Notes: generated by a model not told the origin, from the sequence alone. A stretch of DNA of 64,000 nucleotides from Tubiluchus corallicola (GCA_030141605.1 JAQGDQ010000071.1:537605-601604); one strand, 5' to 3'; shown: positions 24,480-38,912, numbered from the stretch's first letter. A program made the numbers and translations.

Positions 24480-27400
24480 AGTGTCTTTGCCTAACCACGT
24501 GTCGGCTGAAATTCGTTTGTTCTTGTCCTGACTGACCGCTCAATGTTTACTTTACTCCCACAGTAACTTTTAGTACCCAAATCAAATGTCAAATTCACGA
24601 ACTGGAACAATTATCTCGATGGGCTTCTTAAAAAAACAATTTCTATAACAGCTAGGACAGGGATCAATTGAGAAGTTAATGTGTGCTTAGCGACCGAAAT
24701 TAAATAACGCCGAGCCAGGGCAGGAAATGGAGGAGCGACCGCCAAAACTTTTTCTTTTACGTTTTATCTGCCATGCTACTCGTTGAGTGACAATATATAT
24801 CTAGCCGAAGTTCCGAATTTGTGTAAGACACTACCATCTGAAAGTCCAGCGAGGATTGTCCGCACTAAAGAGATGTCCCCAACAATCGACATAATAGGTG
24901 AGTTCTGCAGTTGATCGCTGGATTCATTCATGCTGGATATCACCTAGCAGTAACTGAACTTCATAAAAAGAGGGTTAATTAATACTAACGGAAGTAAACT
25001 GAAAAATCATACAAAAGCGGCCATATCAATTACCCCATTACTGAAACACATTTCAGCAAAGCGCTACTTTATTGGCATTGTGATCGGTTTCAGTGAAAGT
25101 GTTTCGGCATCAAACACAGTGCAATGCGTTGACCTTGTTTACTCGGACAAATGTAATCAGTAAATGGAGTGTAAATTATTCTGCAGTATGTGGCGTTATA
25201 TAGTCAACCGCCATAAAGTTAATGCACTGCATATAAAGAAGCCAAGCAAACTGTATTGGAATGATACTGATACATAGTAAAAGCATGTTGTTCTAATCGT
25301 ATGCAAACAGGGCATTACGATTTTCGTGACACCGTTTACTTCGAAACGAAACGCGACTACGAAACGATTTCCGAACGTCTTTTCGTTCCCATCTCTTCAG
25401 TGAATCTAAGGAAACATTCTAAGAGATAAAACGATATAAAATTAATGGCTGCTTATGCAGAATACATTGCCTTACCCATTTTTTCTAGATAATGAATGAC
25501 AACTGGTGCTTGACACTTCAGCAATTCAACAATTCATTAATTTTATGTCGGTTGTTCCTTTCAATTTATTCCTGGATTCACTGAAAAAAGGGAACGAAAA
25601 CGGGATCTTCTGAAATGCAATAAGCTGTACAAAGAAAGTTATGATGCTCTGGTTGTATTGGATGAAAATATTGTTCAAATCGGGCAAACAAAGAAACAAT
25701 TTATGTGTTACCTACAGTTTGTTGTAGATAACTCTTGTACTATTGTATTTTACATAGCACGAGGCCTCGTGACATGCGTAGCAGATATCTAACTACTTTG
25801 TCCATCCCCGTAGATCAGTGTTTTTTGCCCCATACATCTTTTTCACCATATGTTCTGTTATCATTCCTACTAGGTCTTTCCAAAATGGTCTAATTTCTTA
25901 GCGTATTACCCCCTGGAAACATTTTAATAATATGTCAGGATGTTGCACCTTTTACACCTTTTTAAGCTTACCTGATTCTGCACGTTGCAGATTTACTTGA
26001 TTGGTTTTTATAACAGATTTTTACAAATACAGCAGTAATAGAAAAACTGAAATGAAGTCGTGTAAATTAACGCTTGAAATTCAACAGTACGCTGTCCTGT
26101 AGCACAATTTGTAAAATTCTAGTTTGCTGATCAATATTCAAAACTCCCACCTGTTGAGAACCACTCCTGCAGATACAGAGTTGTGGATCATGCACATGCG
26201 CATGCGCCTGCAATAAGTCAATGGTACCCTCCTGAATTGTTCAAATAAACCAGAAGTCGGTGGATATAGAGGCCAAAGAGAAGGGCATAACAGCCTCGTT
26301 GGCTATTCCGAATTATAAGTCTTCACGCGTGGTGCTTTCAACTTGCAAACTTCTCCGTTTGGTCCGTTAAATACCCCCCCCCTTTATATCTTAATACATT
26401 TCTTGTAATAGCGAGGTTATTAGCCCGTAGTAGGCCCAGTTGGGAACTGCAAGACTAATCAACTCTTTGGATAAGAAATTGCCAGTATTTACCCTTCAAT
26501 AGTAACTCCTACCATCTACCATTAATCAATTTCTCATTGATTAAAATGTTTCCCACATAAGAAAGTAAGCGCCATGAGACTAATCAAAATGACCTGAACT
26601 GAAAGTACACTTTCACGTTCACCCGGCACTAGACTATCTAGATACCAGACCACCATTGACCACTGAACAGCCTCCAGGTTCATCAACGTCTACTAAAAGT
26701 TGGATATTAATGATGAAGCCAAATAGCCTTGCATTTCGATGTAAAAAAGTCAAATGTAAATTTTGCTGCACGTTGTGATATTTCAGGAAAGTTCGCTTAA
26801 GCTTTAATTAAGGTAATGTTTAAGTAAATCTGAGCATTTCTTCAAACTGCAATTAAGATTGCGCCAACATGACATTCAGTTAACCGCCTTAACTGGTAAA
26901 ATCCTAACTAAAGCAAGAGATTACTATAATTAAGATTTCCAATTGGAAAATGGTTTATAAAAGGAAATAAGACTTAATTTACCGTCAGACAAATTCTATG
27001 CAGGAAAATCTTCAGTGACTTACTAGACTAGAAGAAAATGTGCTTCTGTAAAGTTCTATGGGAGACATTTATGACATCTATTTCAGGGTTGTTAGATCTA
27101 AAAATCCATTTCTATTAGCTTCCTTTAAAAATGCCAGTCTTTTTGGGTCTAGTGGAACTTTTTCAGATTCCGCAAAATCGAATTGATAAAAATAATGTTT
27201 TTATAATAATTATTAAGGCAAATCAGTTAATGTTTGTGTGGCGGTTATTGCGTGAAGTGAAAGTAACAGAAATGGATCCTCCCAGTCATAGTCCTAACTA
27301 CTCTGGAATGGATGTTATAATCGTTTCTCGATGTTAATTTTCTGTGAATTTCATTTAGCTTATATGTTTGTGCAAAAAACTTAATGGCCATTTTGTTTTT

Positions 27401-27756
27401 TCTTTGCAACCGAAAGGCCTGTGGTTCGAATCCAGACTGCATCCGACTTTTTCACATTTGCTGTCGGATAGATTGGTTTGAAAAATTCAATAATTATTTG
27501 TTTATTCATCAATAATCTGTTAGCATTAAGCGACCTCGGAATTCTGCTCCTATCGAACCTAAGTAGATATGGACGTAAAGATAAACGTGTGGGCGGAACA
27601 TAATTTCGACAGGCAGACAGACAAGCGGGCAGGCAAACAGATAAATAAATAGATAGCCTAACAGACGAAGTAGTTAAAACGAATTAGTTACATGTAATTA
27701 AGTAATTAGTAACGAGGTCTATATGATCATTGCAACCTGCATCTTTATGATTTATA

Positions 27757-28165
27757 TTTAGTAATCGAATGTGGAAACTTTTCCAAGTCTATAATTCTGA
27801 ATGCTGCAAGAAGAAATTATTGAAGTCTCGTAATCTAATCTATCTCTACACTTTAACAAGTTTAAAAATTACGACGAAAGAGTTAAGATCGGTTTAGTAA
27901 TCGAATGTGGAAATTTTTCCAAGTCTATAATTCTGAATGCTGTAAGAAGAAATTATTGAAGTCTCGTAACCTAATCTATCTCTACACTTTAACAAGTTTA
28001 AAAATTACGACGAAAGAGTTAAGATCGGTTTAGTAATCGAATGTGGAAACTTTTCCAAGTCTATAATTCTGAATGCTGTAAGAAGAAATTATTGAAGTCT
28101 CGTAACCTAATCTATCTCTACACTTTAACAAGTTTAAAAATTACTACGAAAGAGTTAAGATCGGT
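27757..28165. repeat. Tandem repeat, 3 x 136 bp, near-identical
   Basis: Units start at 27757, 27893 and 28029 (tttagtaatcgaatgtggaaac...gagttaagatcgg). Confidence 0.97.
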
Positions 28166-28959
28166 ACCAATGCGCAAGCTAATAATTCGTAAGCAAACTG
28201 TTAATGCGTCGACTTCATGAATTCTTAACTTATTTCATGTTTTCCCTATAATCATCGTCATTTACGTCCAGCTTATATACAAATTTAATGTACATTTATT
28301 CTCTTGGGAAATTTGGGTTACTTGCACCTATAATACCCGATAACATTTGGGTTCTTCACAGCTATCATTACAGAGTCTTCGTAAATACTGTATGAAAAAT
28401 TAACGAAGATTACGCTGTCTCTATTTCGTGTAATTATTTCGTTAAACACCTCTAAGGCTATAACGCCGCATAAGAATATTAAGTGACATCTTCAGTCATT
28501 TCTAAATTACCAAAACTTTAGCAGTAAATTAGAATAGAGTCGGAATTTGTTTAAAATTAACATAAATTGCATTTACTTGAATTTAATTACGTTATATTTC
28601 ATTCCGTTCGTTACGTTACGTTCCGTGTTGTCATATCACGTACACACGCTACATTATGTAGCATTACCGGTACAGCAAAGCATTTTTTTAGAATTTTGAC
28701 GGCAAACTTGCCTACTGCTGACTGTGCACGTTTGTGTGTAACTGCACAGATCTAAATCTCATCAGAGCTTTGAGCTAACTGCATGTGCAAGAACAACATG
28801 ATGCAGCAACATAACATTAAATTCTGTTCTATTCGTCACTTTCGTTGTGTACAATATGATACAATCTCTATTAATAATAACTGTGCGATAATTACTTTTT
28901 CGCGTGATAAATGAATTTTTTGTTGGACGTGCTGAATCTCTCGTCTAAGAATTCCTCTT

Positions 28960-29340
28960 TATTTTGTTTCGTTGTTTCCATGGTGTGTCCACACTATTCA
29001 GGGTACAGGGCGTAATCTCTTCTGCGAGATATGATCGTCTCCAAAGCGCATCCGTCTTCTAAGCGTTCTGATGGATAACATTTTTTACTTTCTTTTACTC
29101 TTTCTCGTGTAGTTTTGTTTCCATTCCTCTTCTTTTTGTTGAGTCCATAGCCACAATGTACATTTGTTCAAATAACCCATTAGCACTTTTGCATCATTTG
29201 ACTAAATAATTTCTTGTAGTGGCATAGTTCACTTTGTCGTAACATATTCAAGCATATTCTCAGTAGTATCATCTTCATTTTTATACACTGGACTCTCGTC
29301 TTCTTTGAACTGACTGTTCTAATACTTCTTGAGTAGCAAC
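28960..29340 (-). mobile_element. Highly decayed RTE-like LINE ORF fragment
   Basis: Broken frames give KTRVQCIKMKMILLRIC and SETLRRRMRFG, resembling RTE C-terminal motifs (EMKMLR; IRKRRLRFAGH). Confidence 0.4.
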
Positions 29341-29900
29341 ATATTTAATTTAATTTTTATCAACACCCCTTCTAGTGCTATTCCTAGACAGCTTATGATA
29401 GCTGATTACGTAATTAACAGCAGAGCTGTGGCAATACGATATTAATAACAGTAACTCCATACAATTTTTTATTTTGCCAAGTTTATAAGGTACAAATTTT
29501 AAATACCTTGACTTTGTTTTAACCCCTCCTGTCCTAACCAGATCTTTCACCTATAGTGTCGTATTAGTCATCGCCTCTATATTGTGTAATAGGCTTGTAA
29601 ATAGCGCCAATAAAAGCAATATTCCGAAGAACATCAGTCCCTAATTATTGTATTGCGTTACTAATATTACATACGTTATTGTCAACTGCTGTGCAGTTAA
29701 TTATGCAGTAAACCATAGTGGCATGGTTATATACAGTCTATAGATACAATATAAGTGCACAGTATATGTTTTTACAACGACCTCTATGGCGATAACCACA
29801 AAAGCGGTAACAGTATCAACAAGAATACTGAAGGTGACAAATATAGCGACAACGGAAACTACAAGGACAAGAGCAACAAAACCAATAACATAAACCGTTG

Positions 29901-30084
29901 CACAACAACAACAACAACAACGACGACAACAACAACAACAACAGCAAAAGCAATAGCGGCAACAGCAACGGCAACAACAGCAGCAGCAGTAGCAACAACG
30001 ATGACGACGACAACAACAACAACATGGTTGCACTAGGAGCACCAAAGACAATGATTGTGATGACAGCAATAGCAACAACAGCTA

Positions 30085-30116
<32 letters not shown>

Positions 30117-30122
30117 ACAACA
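29901..30122. repeat. (CAA/CAG/CGA)n compound microsatellite
   Basis: Direct reading. Confidence 0.92.
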
Positions 30123-30879
30123 AAACGGCTGCAGCAGGAGTAGAAGAAAAAAGAAAAAGAAAAATTAATACCGCCATGGATTGTTGACGCTTTAAAAATA
30201 GGCAGCTTTACCATCACCAACATGAAGACAGCGAGGATGTTTATAATAGATCCTGGTGTTTATTTGACTCCACCTAATTTGTCTGAAGTTAATGGCTCTA
30301 ATGCAATTGACACCAAGCGTAAATGAGGGGAGTGCACTGAAAGTGTGTGTGCTCGTTTAGAAATGGCTTGCATTGTGGTTTGAATGAAAAACAAAAGCAA
30401 GAAATGAAGCAAATAAAACGCTTTTTGCAAACAAGGAAAATGCGTTACAAGGTTTTCTGAGAAACATGTATTGTGTTTTAAAACATAGTACATAGATAAA
30501 TAGTTAAACCACAGCCCAAGTTTGGAACACTTGCTTAAACATGCATAATGCGCGTTTGGCAAACTTTGTGAACAAATGCAGCTTGTAACTCTAGTGACGC
30601 ATCTGCTAAAATTATTACTGAACTAGAAAAAGAGCGAGACCACTTTTAATGATTGCCTAATGCAGTCATCTCATTAGGTGCCAAAGGTTTCGTTTAGTAC
30701 TGACCGTCTCTCGGCTTGTGTGATAGCTTGTGTTATACTACAACGAACTCTTCTTCAAATAAACAAAACCTAACTAAGCCCTGGAGTCACCCAATGGTGT
30801 CCAGTTTTAGTGGAAGTATTGGATAACGGCGCCAAAGCCATTTGCTGGAATCTTTGAACTTGTAGTAAACTTAGCCGTA

Positions 30880-31084
30880 ACAAATGATACTGAAGCTTGG
30901 CACATATATACTTCGGACTACGTAAAAAATGTTGCATGTTGCCAAAAAACTGTTGTAATTGACGGTACAGATAGCCCTGAGTACAGATAGTACAAATGAT
31001 ACTGAAGCTTGGCACATTTGTACATCGGACTACGTAAAAAATGTAGCATGTTGCCAAAAAACTGTTGTAATTGACGGTACAGAT
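30880..31084. repeat. Tandem duplication, 112-bp period
   Basis: acaaatgatactgaagcttggcacat...ttgacggtacagat at 30880 and 30992. Confidence 0.92.
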
Positions 31085-32315
31085 TGTTCAATACAAAAAC
31101 AGAATTATAACTTTCACTGATTAGTTAAAATGATCAGAGGTTTCATGTGACCAGCCATATCGAAAATATAGTTCCCAACAAAATAAAATTTACTGTGTTG
31201 ATGTAAATAGTCCACAAAGTTGCTCTTCGTGAATTCAAAATACTTTGATAGTAAACCGACGCCTCTGAAGCTCCTTCCCAGGGGATTTCCTTTTATAATG
31301 AGGTTCTGTTTCCATATTAAGACCGCCTCTACCTGCCATTACGGGAAGGACAGTGCGATGAAATATGTTAGGTGGCGCAAAAAACGTGCCGATACTTTGA
31401 TCACGGAATCGCTTGAAAGTTACCACACAGATGGTACAGACGTTTGTGTGATAATATCAGAAATTTTTGGTCATTCATATAATTATAATTTTTCCAAAGA
31501 TACAAAAGTCTGAAAACAGGAAGTCAAAAAAGTAAATACCGGAAAAAATTGTGTTACTGTTGTTAAACTTACCGACAATGCTCTACGTGTCCACCATTTA
31601 GCTGCAAACTAAACGAAGGCGTTCCTTCCGACAGCTGACACAATTTCTACCTTCTTTAATTAAGGGGTACTTGATCCCACCTGCTCAACAATTTTTGCTC
31701 TTAGTTTCTCTGAATCAAACGGCTCTGTATGACCGTCGCATACGCTGGAAATTCAAGATACTTTAGTTTAGTTCAGGATTAAGTTTAATTTTTTTATTTG
31801 ACAGCAAATCCTTATCAATATTTTACTATAGCCCAGGATGTAAAATGAGCTAACATTGTTCTGGCATTTAAATATTTGACGTACAAAAGATTTTCGGCCA
31901 TGGCTTAAAACTATACACTTGCAACTCTCACAACCAAAAGTCAATGCATTGTAGTACCAAGCTGTTAAACTTCATCTTTGTAGAGAACCTGCTTCTACTG
32001 TACTGTAGTTTAAATTTTGGTATTTTTCTGCGCCAGCAGATGAAAAAGACATTTGAAATTGTTCACTTGGCTGAAATTAAGGTTTTGGAAATTGAAGAGC
32101 TACTGTTGAAGAGAAGGATCAAGCCAAAGAACTGGATAAGGATGTTGCTGAATATGACAATTAAAAGAATCAAATTTATCTATTGCTGCCTTCATTGATA
32201 ACAACTGGGTTACCATCTGAGAATTTGCTGTTTGCAACAAACTGTAAACATTAATTACAAAGGGAAATGACAGGTCGGCAACTAGAAGTTTTTTACACAT
32301 GGAGTTCATACATGG

Positions 32316-32601
<286 letters not shown>

Positions 32602-34032
32602 TAAGTGTTTACTGAATATTTGCTGTGCAATTTAGTGAATAATTTATAGCATAACGAGTAGTATACCAGCAATTACAACGTCACTTAGCTTGGTTGGATC
32701 ATTAATCTCCAATCTGCAACAACTATTATATGCGAGATTATGCCAAGTAAACAGCAATCATAGGGCTATAAATGAAGACTGTGTGAACATAATGGTAAAA
32801 CCAACGCACTCATCCAGAACATTTAGCTGAATTGCTTGACCAAAAGTTCCTTTGGTTTAAATTGAAGTACTAAAATACCGATAAGAAACGGCAAAAGGAA
32901 AAAATCCATAGTAATTATTTAGGTAAGTTGACTGCTGCTGCATGTGCAAACGATAACGACAACAATAACAACAAGAGCAGCAATAACAACAACAGCAGCA
33001 ACAACAACATCAACAACCTTGAAGTCAACATTTAACACTATACGTAGATAACAATGATCATTCATCTTTACATTTGAATCTGACTTTCACTCAAATTACA
33101 GACTTGCAGTATAATTATTTTCCCATTGTGCTTCTGTGAGAATGACCTTTATTATGATTTTTAGTTCTACTACTGACAATTCTTTTAATCACTGCCATGC
33201 CTCAGGTGTCATGATTAAACGATGACTCGCTCGCTTTACCATACAATCAGGTCTGTCACAGAAACGTGATCTTTTACACAAGTGTGGTAATTTAAAATAA
33301 TCAGTGCGTTCAGATGAAAGTATTAAACTTCAGGTGTAGGGTTGATGAAAGGAGAGTGAAACAAAGCGTTATAATATTGTGAACATCGTGTAGTAAATCG
33401 TACTGAATGCAGCTGATATTCTAGCTGCCGTTGGTGTTAAAAATTTAAACAGCATAATTAAAAATGGTGGCTGAATAAGGTCATGGGGCGTTAGTGGCAA
33501 TGATGGTGTTGTTGGCGTTGATGTTTGTGTTAGTTGCGGTGCCACATGGCAGTGCATATTGATTATGAGAGTGATGATGATGACGACGACGACGACAATG
33601 ATGATAACTTTAGGATGTTTCGGAACTTGCAGTGTGACTACAACCGACGAGTATTGACAACTGACTGCTTTATCGACGTTTGGTTAAGCGACGTATCGAC
33701 TCTTCAGTTAGTTTTTTAAATTTTGCAAAATACGGTCGCGTCTCTGAATTCAAATGAGATCTGCATCAGAAGTGTCTGAGCTTCACAAAAATGATAATTT
33801 TATTTCTATGATTGTCTACAGCACACCCACACACAGAGGAGCAAAAACTTTAATGGTTCCCAGTTTATTTCACTTACACGTGCCTAGAAGTATATACAGC
33901 TCAGTTGCTCATTGTCCCAATGGTTGACTATATTTTTAGCAGGAAACTGCAAACTGCAACAACAACAATAGCAACGGTAGTAACAACAAAAATAACAACA
34001 ACAACGATAAAACAACAATAACGACAACAGCC

Positions 34033-35392
34033 GCAGCCCTTGCTATGAAACTAGCGTTTTTTTATAATTTGACAATAGTGCAAGTGTCAACGGGCAGAAT
34101 CTATTTAATTTAGATGGTTGTGGCAAAAAGAGAGCCTGATTTATCACCAAGGTTACGCATCTAAGTTGAGGCACTAAATTGGCAGAGATATTTTAGACAT
34201 GTTCAAATGTGAATGCGAATTTTCTTCAATCTTTTTACTTTACTGTTTTAAACATTTCAATAATTATTCTTGTCGTTAGGACCGGCTTTACCACCAGGCA
34301 AACTAGACGGGTTGCCTAGGGCACCATTTTCTTAGAGGGGAGGGGCTCAAAATTCTGGAAGTGATTCCTTATTTTTAAGTTTAGTATAAGCAATAACATA
34401 GTGATTGACACGTTACCAAGTTCTTGTCCACAGTTTATATTGTAGGCATAGGGCAGCAGCCAAAGTAACGACTCCTTTCCTTAACAGAAAAGTTCCTTGC
34501 ATTAGCATTTATCTAATCGTGGCAGATAGACTTGTAAGAGTCGAAGCTTTCAGTAGCATAATACACGAAACAAAAAGTAAAAGAAGCTGGTGGACAGTGA
34601 ACAGCAACAAAATCTTAAAAGAGAGTATTTACAACCAGACCAGAGTTATATGGTTGTGAAGATGATGATGCTAATGGAATGGACGTATGTGAAAAAGAGG
34701 AGTCAGAAGACTCAGTCACTGTTCTCTGATGATAAGGCTGAAGGAAAATCTAGCCATGAATATGAACATGAAGGCTGCGCGGCTGAAATTGTAGAAATAT
34801 TGATTGCTCGTGAAGACCCAGGACGTACAATGATGTCAATTTCAAATGTAGTTGTAGAGTGGTAGTTAACTTCAGTTAATCAGTACACAATAATGTATAG
34901 GCCCAACACACAAGTACCATTAATACTTTAATATATACAACAAAAACACAATTTTGTAGTGGTTGTATGACGTATGTGTGGGGGATTAAAAATACTTTTG
35001 GCTAGGGCGTCAAATGACCTAGAACCCGCCCAACTTGTCATTAAAGCTGACACAAAATTAGCACTTTCAAGTGTGATGTATAGCCGAGTGGTCACGGACG
35101 GAATGAGCTGTTAGTGACCAAAATTAAGAATGGTCAGTCGAAGCTGGTCAGTTAAGGATGGGTGATCACCTGGTTCAATACTTGCTCGGGATAGTTTTGC
35201 GATATTGGTTGTTTTCCTCTTGTGGCTAAAATATCTCTGCAAATTTTTTTAGTGTGTCAACTTAGATGCGTAGCCTTGATGATGAATCAGGCTCTGATCT
35301 TGCCACAACCATCTAAATTAAATATATTCCACCTTTTGACACTTGCACTATTGTCAAATCATAAAAAACGCTAGTTTTATAGCAGGGGCTGC
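34033..35392. repeat. Long inverted repeat (foldback): arms ~34033-34197 and ~35224-35392
   Basis: Left gcagcccttgctatgaaactagcg...ttgacaatagtgcaagtgtcaa...gcatctaagttga...gcagagatattttag matches the reverse complement of the right arm with scattered mismatches. Confidence 0.92.
34277..35033. mobile_element. Degenerate hAT-like non-autonomous element
   Basis: Imperfect TIR TAGGACCGGCTTTA / TAGAACCCGCCCAA; 8-bp TSD CTTGTCGT (34269) / CTTGTCAT (35034); CTAGGGC subterminal motifs at both ends. Confidence 0.55.
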
Positions 35393-35423
<31 letters not shown>

Positions 35424-35648
35424 TCTGCTGCTACCGTTTTCGCTGTTGTTGCTGCTATTGTTGTCTTATTTTATCGTTGTTGTTGTTATTGTTTTTGTTG
35501 TTATATCGTTGCTGCTGTTGTTTCTGTCGCTATCGTTGTCGTTGTCGTCGTCGTTCTTGTTGTTGTCATTGTCGTTACCATTGTCGCTGTCGCTGTTGTT
35601 GTTCCTGTTATTTTTTGCAATTACTGCTGTTGTTGTTGCCGTTGCTGT
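35389..35648. repeat. (GCT/GTT/GTC)n compound microsatellite
   Basis: Direct reading. Confidence 0.9.
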
Positions 35649-36018
35649 GATTTTCTGGAATTTGTGAGTAAATAAAAACCCGCCATTGCTTATGTGTAAC
35701 TCCATTTTATACCAAACGTGCTCAGGTGTCACAGTTCTCTCATGTTCTCAATATTCCCATAGCGCACCTGCTAGTGTTTGTGTTGGACCATAAATCAAAC
35801 TAATTAGCGCGATCGCAAATTATTAGCTAGCTACATTGCTTCTATGATGTGCTTAATTAGCTCCTATAGCTCATCTGTTGTATCTACAAATGCAAGATTG
35901 CATTATAACTGATTATAGATAACAGCGTAGATGGATTTACAATCTGGAACAAAATGTACGTCATAAGCGAAAAGCTACATGGGAGCAAGAAAAGAAGAAA
36001 ACATCAAGAGAAAAACTG

Positions 36019-36360
36019 CTTATTTATTTATTTATTCTATTTTAATCACACCCAATAGTAAAATAGAGTCTACAATAAAAACAATATAATATAAAACACG
36101 TTGGCAAAGAACATACAAATAAAATATTTACAAGAGTGTGGTAAAGACACAAAGATATTAACTGCTTACATGTGTCCGTTGTGTACAAGGAATTTATGCA
36201 AGTTAACTTTATATAGGCGGTTTTTAAATAACTTAATATTTTATGCAGTTACGTGGGGTACACCATCAACATATGCAGGCAGTGAGTTCCAAATCGGTAC
36301 AACACGATTTGAGAAAAATTGACCAAATGATACTTTAGCTCTTCGACGCACGAAAAGCTT
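36019..36360 (-). mobile_element. CR1 LINE 3' end
   Basis: FFSNRVVPIWNSLP motif, AT-rich UTR and (AATA)n tail at 36019-36036. Confidence 0.8.
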
Positions 36361-36399
36361 GTTTACTGTTAGGATAGTTGCTACAATTAAGTTTAAGTT

Positions 36400-36930
36400 T
36401 ATTACACACCAAATGAGAAGTAAACAATATACATTAAGATACATACATATACATACAAACATATACATCATATAAAAACATGCTATACACATTAAATTAC
36501 GTACATACACAAAAAGCAGCATGATAATGAGGGGCGGTGTGGGGGAGACACGAAAAGCAAATGCTTCTTACATGTGCCTGTTAAATACTAAGAAAGCATT
36601 TAGATCGACATAATTTAGTCGCCGTATAAAAAAAGTTTGCATTGCGAGCTTTTGCTAATGGTGCATCATTTACAATTTCTGGTAAACTACTCCAAATCGA
36701 AAAAAATGACCAAATATTTTTAGCAGATCGCTTGACATACATTTTAAGTGAGTTGGTACTTCTTGTCCGACTAGATGTAGCAAATGAGAAAAATTTATCT
36801 CTGTCTATATCTACGTCTTTATGTATGATTTGATAACACAGTATAAATCTTTATCTAACCGTCTTTCCTCTAATGATCTAAGAGTTAGAAAGTTCAATCG
36901 TAACGGATTTGACAAATAAGTAATGTTACC
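36400..36930 (-). mobile_element. Second CR1 LINE 3' fragment, tandem to the first
   Basis: LRSLEERRLDKDL (CR1 LExRR..DL motif), then KFFSFATSSRTR and IWSSLPE in shifted frames. Confidence 0.75.
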
Positions 36931-37789
36931 TGCCAGTTTGAATAGTTGGATTCACAGCGTCGATCACCGCAACATATTCTTGGGTTGATACGAAACGCGT
37001 AACGATATAAAAATCGCATTACGTGACTCAGTGACTCAGTGATACATTAATTAACAACATAGGTAAAACAGTAATAATAACTATTTATGTAACTATGATG
37101 TGAAGTTGAAATTGTGATTAAAGTGAAAGTTGTCGTGTTTTCAAACTTTCATTTCTTTCCCTTATAACTCTTTTACTTGAATTGAAACTTCATTTAACTT
37201 TTTATTGGTAATCTTCTTATTGATTATAGCTATAAAATTTTACTGTTTACTTTTTACTCGTGTAGTTATTTCTTGTGCCTAATAAATAAATAATAAATAA
37301 TAAAAACGGTACTGTGTACTGTGTCAGCGTTGACTTCTCTTGCAGCAGCTTTATCTTCAAAGTTATACCCCCCCCCCCCAACCGAAAATATTACAGAGCT
37401 GAGCGTATACTGTAACGGACCAAGAAATACACAGCAGTCAACATGTCATTTGAACCAATAGCCGTTATGGTTGGCTGTTAGGAACTGCTTACAGCACTTC
37501 AATTTGCCGTGTATCATTTCACATTTGCAACTTAAACTCTGTGAAATAAGCAGTAATTGGAATAATGATATTTTACCCTTAGTGGTAATAACAGTAATGT
37601 GCTTGCCCTTGAGGGACATTGTGCTTTTATAAGTAGCAGCTAAAATGTTACAACACAAATGGACCGCCGAGTGGCATTAGCAGGCAGAAGATGGCAATCG
37701 CGTTGAAGGAAGACAATGAAGACGAAGAGGTTTAACTTCATCTGCGTCCAGAAGCATTAATCGTAATATCATGAAAGATATACGAAGCT

Positions 37790-38912
37790 GTCTAGCTACC
37801 TACATAGCCACCCACCTAACTTCCTGCCTACCCACAGTCTGCCAACCTGCCTACCTACCTATAGGCACATCCTACTTACCTACCAACCCTCTGCCTTCTT
37901 ACCCACCTACCTACCTTCCTACCGACTTACCTACCGACCGACTGACCTACCTACCTATACCTAAATGCCTACCTACCTGCCTACTTAGCTGCCTACCTAG
38001 ATACCTGCTTTGCCTACCTATATGTACATCCTACTTACCTACCTACGCCCTGCCTTCTTACCTACTTACCTGCCTGCCTACCTACCTATCTACCAACCAA
38101 CCTACCTTCCTACCCACCTACCTACCTACCTAACTAACAACCTATTGTTCGTATGCCTGCCTGCCTGCCTGCCTATTCCCTGTTTGTACTATTCCCCTAT
38201 ATACCTGACCAGCTACTTACCTACGTATTTACCTACCTGCTTACCTTCTTACATACTACTTAGTACCCACTTACCTACCTGCCTACTTAGCTGCCTACCT
38301 AGATACCTGCTTTGCCTACCTATATGTACATCCTACTTACCTACCTACGCCCTGCCTTCTTACCTACTTACCTGCCTGCCTACCTACCTATCTACCAACC
38401 AACCTACCTTCCTACCCACCTACCTACCTACCTAACTAACAACCTATTGTTCGTATGCCTGCCTGCCTGCCTGCCTATTCCCTGTTTGTACTATTCCCCT
38501 ATATACCTGACCAGCTACTTACCTACGTATTTACCTACCTGCTTACCTTCTTACATACTACTTAGTACCCACTTACCTACCTGCCTACTTAGCTGCCTAC
38601 CTAGATACCTGCTTTGCCTACCTATATGTACATCCTACTTACCTACCTACGCCCTGCCTTCTTACCTACTTACCTGCCTGCCTACCTACCTATCTACCAA
38701 CCAACCTACCTTCCTACCCACCTACCTACCTACCTGCCTACCTAACTAACAACCTATTGTTCGTATGCCTGCCTGCCTGCCTATTCCCTGTTTGTTACTA
38801 TTCCCCTATATACCTGACCAGCTGCTTACCTACGTATTTACCTACCTGCTTACCTTCTTACATACTACTTAGTACCCACTTACCTACCTGCCTAGTGCCT
38901 ACGTACTTACCC
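37790..38912. repeat. Degenerate (CCTA)n tract amplified as ~3 copies of a 302-bp higher-order unit
   Basis: Identical ORF starts at 38010 and 38312 (period 302) and a third unit near 38614. Confidence 0.95.

Noticed and set aside
27402-27445. tRNA-like GGTTCGAATCC box B
   Set aside because: No box A or 5' half; probably a SINE remnant, too short to classify
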